Shown in pieces: positions 62,170 to 64,000 of a DNA stretch of 64,000 bases. The stretch is from Chiloscyllium plagiosum (lineage: Eukaryota). Positions within the stretch are counted from its first letter, which is position 1; every line of letters begins with the position of its first letter. The stretch is taken from assembly GCF_004010195.1 (NCBI RefSeq), contig NC_057711.1:80449846-80513845 (forward strand). Reading direction: 5' to 3'. The position numbers and the translations under genes were made by a program. The notes beneath the pieces are model-generated. The model was not told the DNA's origin. It worked only from the letters and a program-made list of their open reading frames with translations, and made no database searches.

Positions 62170-63780
62170 ATCAAATTAAGAACAAAGTAAATAAAGTGCA
62201 CAGCCAGGCAATGCCAATGCATCGCTATCTGATATGGGAGCTGGTGGACTGCAATGTGGTTCATAGTGACCACATCTATAGCAAGTTTGGTTGCTTGAAG
62301 AATTCTGGCTCAGAGTTGATGAGCCAGAATCTGGAATGCTGTGACACATCAGGGAGGGAGAGAGTTTCAGGAGGCAGTAACACCGCTTAGATTAACTAAC
62401 TGGAATTCAGTCAGTGGTCATGGACAGGAGGCTGTGACTACAAGTGAGGCAATTGGAGGGATCCAGGAAGTAGTATTGAAGAAGCCTCAACCCTTGAACT
62501 TGACCAACAGGTTTGAGATTCTTGCTCCCTATGTCGATGAGAGGGGTGGCAGTAAGGAGATTGAGTAGATTGATCATAGCAGCATGGTACAGAGAGCCAT
62601 TCAGGAAGGGGGAAAAGAGTAATGGAGTTGCAATCAGGGTTAGTATAGTCAGGGGAATAGACACTGTTCTCTTTGACCAGGATTGAGAGTCCCAAATGCT
62701 ATGTTGCCTGCCTGGTGCCCAGATTCAGGATATTTCATCTGGGCTACAGAGGAATGTGCAGTGGGAGGGGAAAGATCCATTTGTCCTGATTCATGCAGGT
62801 ACCAATAATATAGGTAGAAAGAGGAAAGAGGTCCTGCTGAGAGAATATGAACAGCTAGGGATTAAATTAAAAAGCAGAAACAAAACTGAAATAATCTCTA
62901 GATTACTACCTGACCATAAACTAATTGGCACAGGATGAAGGAGATTAAAGAGGTAAAAGTGTGCCTCCAGGATTGGTGTGGGAGAAACAGGTTCAAATTC
63001 ATGGGACACAGGCACCAGTACTGGGGAAGGATGAAGCTGTTCTAATGCGCTGAGTTCTACCTGAATCATGCTGGGACCAGAGGTCTGGCGACTCGCATAA
63101 TGTGGGATGTTGGTAGGAATTTTAACTAAATACTATGATGGATGGGCTCAAATGCATGGAAAATTATGGAAAAAGTTAAAGGGGGGGGGCTCATCAGACA
63201 TAATTAAAGTTTCCAGGACAGGTAATTGGGCATAGATCATGGAAAGGGTCAGTAATCTAACTTTAGGCACAGCAGATAAGGGACAACTATGAGAGGGTGG
63301 GGGTACAACCAACACAGGACTGAGGTGCTGTACTTAAACGCATGCAATACACAAAACAAGTTAAATGAGCTTGTAGCGTGGATTGAAATTGGCAAGTGCG
63401 ATGTTGAGGGTATCACAGAGACATAGAGGCAAGGGGTTCTAAGGGTATGCATTCTATTGAAAGGACAGGCAGATAGGCAGAGGGCATGGGGTTGCCTTGT
63501 TAGTAAGAAATGAAATTAAATCAATAGCAAGAAATGATATAGAGTCGGAAAGCTTGAATCTGTGTGTGCAGAGTTTAGGAACTACAAAAGAGAAAGAACC
63601 CTTCCTTTGGGAGTTATAGGAGTTATATATAGTCCTCTTAGTAATAGTCAGGATCTGGGACAGAAAATAAATCAGGGGTTTGCAAATGAACGTAAGAAAG
63701 ACACTATTACAATAATCATAGGGGACTTCAAGATGCAGGTGGAGTGGGAAAGTAAGGTTAGTGGCAGATCCAAGAAAAGT
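62170..63780 (+). mobile_element. CR1 5' region: ORF1 (Zn-finger/zipper remnant, SGNH esterase) and endonuclease, decayed
   Basis: IWELVDC..HIYSK; LTNRFEIL; CCLPGAQIQDI..IHAGTNNIG; YLNACN; GDFKMQVEW. Confidence 0.85.
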
Positions 63781-64000
63781 TAGGGGAAGGATATTATTAA
63801 GCTGGAGAAAGTTCAGAAGAAGTTTACCAGGATGTTGTCAGGCATGGAAGCTTTGAGTTATAAAGAAAGGCTGGAACCTTTTTCACTGGAATGCAGGAGG
63901 TTGAGAGTAGTTTATAAAATAATAAGGGGTATAGACAGAGTTAATGGTAGTTGGCTTTTCCTGAGGATGGGAATTTCAAGTCGAGGGGGCACATTTTAAG
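63781..64000 (+). mobile_element. CR1 RT C-terminal fragment (runs off the window)
   Basis: KDIIKLEKVQKKFTRMLSGMEALSYKERL. Confidence 0.85.

Overview
Eukaryotic, repeat-dense non-coding DNA, almost certainly from a cartilaginous fish (shark): it carries HE1/V-SINE-type SINEs, many CR1 LINE fragments, CR1-Zenon-like and L2 fossils, and Deu-domain SINEs. I found no convincing host protein-coding exon, rRNA or tRNA gene, so the window is probably intronic or intergenic. Most ORFs in the track are decayed transposon fragments or noise. Main contents: (i) a near full-length pogo/Tigger DNA transposon (47110-49682) with TIRs, TA target duplication and a pseudogenised transposase; (ii) a decayed ~2.5 kb Penelope-like element (RT + GIY-YIG) plus pieces of at least two other Penelope families; (iii) a dispersed set of ~85-190 bp Penelope-derived insertions with 11-16 bp target-site duplications carrying minimal hammerhead-ribozyme motifs (CUGANGA, stem II, GAA-ACGU/AGCU-H), several starting at or within a few bases of the ribozyme core, and one forming a ~70 bp fold-back hairpin; (iv) a retroviral-type integrase fragment beside an assembly gap; (v) Harbinger fossils, LTR-like pieces and a 213 bp tandem duplication. 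There are two N gaps (18524-19040, 51200-51622). Family names come from motif recognition, not database searches, and boundaries of old repeats are approximate.
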